A stretch of 64,000 nt of DNA, from the IMG/VR virus record IMGVR_UViG_3300031539_000002; one strand, given 5' to 3'. Source of the DNA: a virus. The notes beneath the pieces are model-generated. The model was not told the origin of the DNA, ran no database searches, and saw nothing but the letters and a program-made list of their open reading frames with translations. Numbering within the stretch: the first letter of the stretch is position 1; every line of letters starts with the position of its first letter. The position numbers were made by a program, and so were the translations under genes. Shown in pieces: positions 63,401 to 64,000 of the stretch.

Positions 63401-64000
63401 CCGCGGTACCAAGACCAAACCGGTTCAAGGGGCCGAGCAGGGCAAGAAGATCACGACTACCACTGCGCGTGAACTTGCATCCTTCTCGATCGATCCTCAA
63501 GTCGCTTACAGTTTTGCGGGCGGAGACAAGCGAGTCGTCAGATATCGCGTGCCTGTTTCTCGCCTGTTCATTTCGCCTATCACGTTCGCCCCGCTTTCTT
63601 CGGCGAAGTCGCCGCACAGCGAGAACGAGTACGTCGTTGCCGGCCAGGATGGCATGGAGGGCAAGGTGATGCCCCAGAGCCTGTCCTCGTTCAGTTCGTC
63701 GAAGATGAAACTCGCAGCCTACGAGCGCCGCCCCTTGTTTGGGCCTGTCCTTGATGATGAGGCGTTGATCATCGAGTTTGAGCCTGAGGATGATGCGTGG
63801 CTGCGGGCGCCGGTCAAAGAGACCTGGTGGCCCAGCTACTGCAACCAGTACGATCAGTGGGCTGAGGAGTACGAGCCTCGAGTCGCCTCCAAGATCCTTC
63901 GATTGGCTCGTCAGCACTCGGGGTTCCGACGTGAACTCCTTGCGGTCCTGCATCCCGTCAAGAAGGCCACGACGGTTTTCGACGCTCCCGACACCAAGAT
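60489..64000 (+). CDS. Giant multidomain protein, partial (SH3/KOW-like repeats + ADP-ribosyltransferase); missing from ORF track
   Basis: TGATG coupling at 60489; by manual translation the frame stays open to the window end; several (V/L)xxGDx(V/L) barrels; LYRG, SFS, ENEYVV. Confidence 0.8.
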   Translation, partial: MADFEWQSFFLDVTPEPPRSKVALSIFDAPDSVESEPPEKKKEPKPKAEEPKAESKPEAPASIFETPSAEPAAPAEEKPKETPEEGGQPYSPPAGAQDSGKWEEFLNLFYEGGKKKVKNPNAETKDKYPEVQLSTALKDQMFAHGIQQEFHAWLQQGKEDDPASDAPAVEEKPKSEQKKKPKVGTKVESLDQVVPGMFIENAWGTVGKVTSMLPDGGFRYRQFDKITNKWKGTTKIDKAKAEQYFSGQSFTVTEDPAQDIPKGSTTVHGTDVTPGDTVWFNGDPRKVKKVEEDPNKHGYRYQLEDGTWVNMHDVEGPKMESPHSYVYHQPGDPEPEPEPSAETPKPKKKEKVDVGDKVETSSQLTEGDWLESFDADDPSEKYLGKVTEVVEGGPFGEKGEYGPGVMIQDYSAVTGKMSGKPWFLSDEKLPEGDTTKVKPPKVKKGLTGKEVTDSKKLQEGDVLRIHEYDGGKTYTAQVIKNDDGWIVYNIVNPKTGKVSDTRTVSPQTFADELQVARLPASKVPKKLKPMSKTNDDGSVNPFALVMEQHAEKELAKAKAKSKEQTEDLQEDADPPAAAPKKDKPKGKTKKVDKGKWKLQTEQVGWDDIKVGDMVHTADYGPQRVVGHTGSGVRLESGVVLTKSQLKKDKGQFTVSRGDKPQKAKAPPIPERPQGKLVSKADTVQEGDVIEYEHNGTTYRGEVVSWDTLGEKFRVRIIYPPEYVAKYETYDEATGEKKFKTPSFDQAKIDKRKPRILSKDEMKAYDAKVKGYTQKIKDIDKQYSEDVAEYEAAMSGQETVTTGPLQHLEPPKDWNHDSTIAHDADRFFEQYKAMLGDKIESIVGGMSSGKSYWSGTSAMWDEMSEGERKLAQSAHDAAPEFRKLLTTEEWSAWQSALSTWQGSSGGSTAHTLMGGLENLGVEGGPKYFESSNVQHYREEGRKNEALHRAISKAMAYSQLVYDALGVKDVSLYRGTKTKPVQGAEQGKKITTTTARELASFSIDPQVAYSFAGGDKRVVRYRVPVSRLFISPITFAPLSSAKSPHSENEYVVAGQDGMEGKVMPQSLSSFSSSKMKLAAYERRPLFGPVLDDEALIIEFEPEDDAWLRAPVKETWWPSYCNQYDQWAEEYEPRVASKILRLARQHSGFRRELLAVLHPVKKATTVFDAPDTK

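Noticed and set aside
5637-63953. Many long minus-strand ORFs (e.g. 5637-7853, 18324-20186, 35751-37730, 62001-63167)
   Set aside because: They are antisense shadows of + strand genes in GC-rich DNA, with no motifs, and overlap genes that have clear signatures
1-64000. Alternative genetic code (stop reassignment)
   Set aside because: Genes end cleanly at TAG, TGA and TAA with tight coupling and high coding density under the standard code

Overview
This window reads as part of a large, GC-rich tailed dsDNA phage (or prophage) genome, almost entirely on the + strand. All family calls come from motifs read by eye; no database search was run. (1) 148-1299: a NusG-family protein and a tandem-HTH sigma-region-4-like protein. 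(2) 1355-33608: a virion/head block with terminase large subunit, portal, a 2H-phosphoesterase + CCA-type nucleotidyltransferase fusion, a 3125-aa polyvalent protein, HK97-type prohead protease, scaffold, decoration protein and major capsid protein. (3) 33652-42205: a LAGLIDADG endonuclease followed by a ~7.6-kb cassette bounded by a 29/32-nt direct repeat. The cassette encodes an SF2 helicase translationally coupled to four proteins built from one ~56-aa helical repeat (28 copies in total, counting one on the helicase) with a hypervariable segment. (4) 42267-58892: small accessory genes (HAD, vWA, tRNA-binding OB fold, deformylase, SPFH, degenerate GyrB fragment, RNase HII, dNMP kinase, Tad1-like hairpin, ClpS, papain-like protease, AAA/CYTH, KptA). 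(5) 58948-end: a RelA/SpoT-like protein and a second giant multidomain ART protein that the ORF track misses because it runs off the window. Two candidate undescribed systems stand out. The first is the repeat-array/helicase cassette. The second is a putative head-cargo system: unrelated effector domains share a small library of peptide tags and (K/R/H)-x-A linkers, and their genes carry the same GGT-N7-YTAT upstream motif as the head genes. No tRNA, rRNA or CRISPR array was seen.
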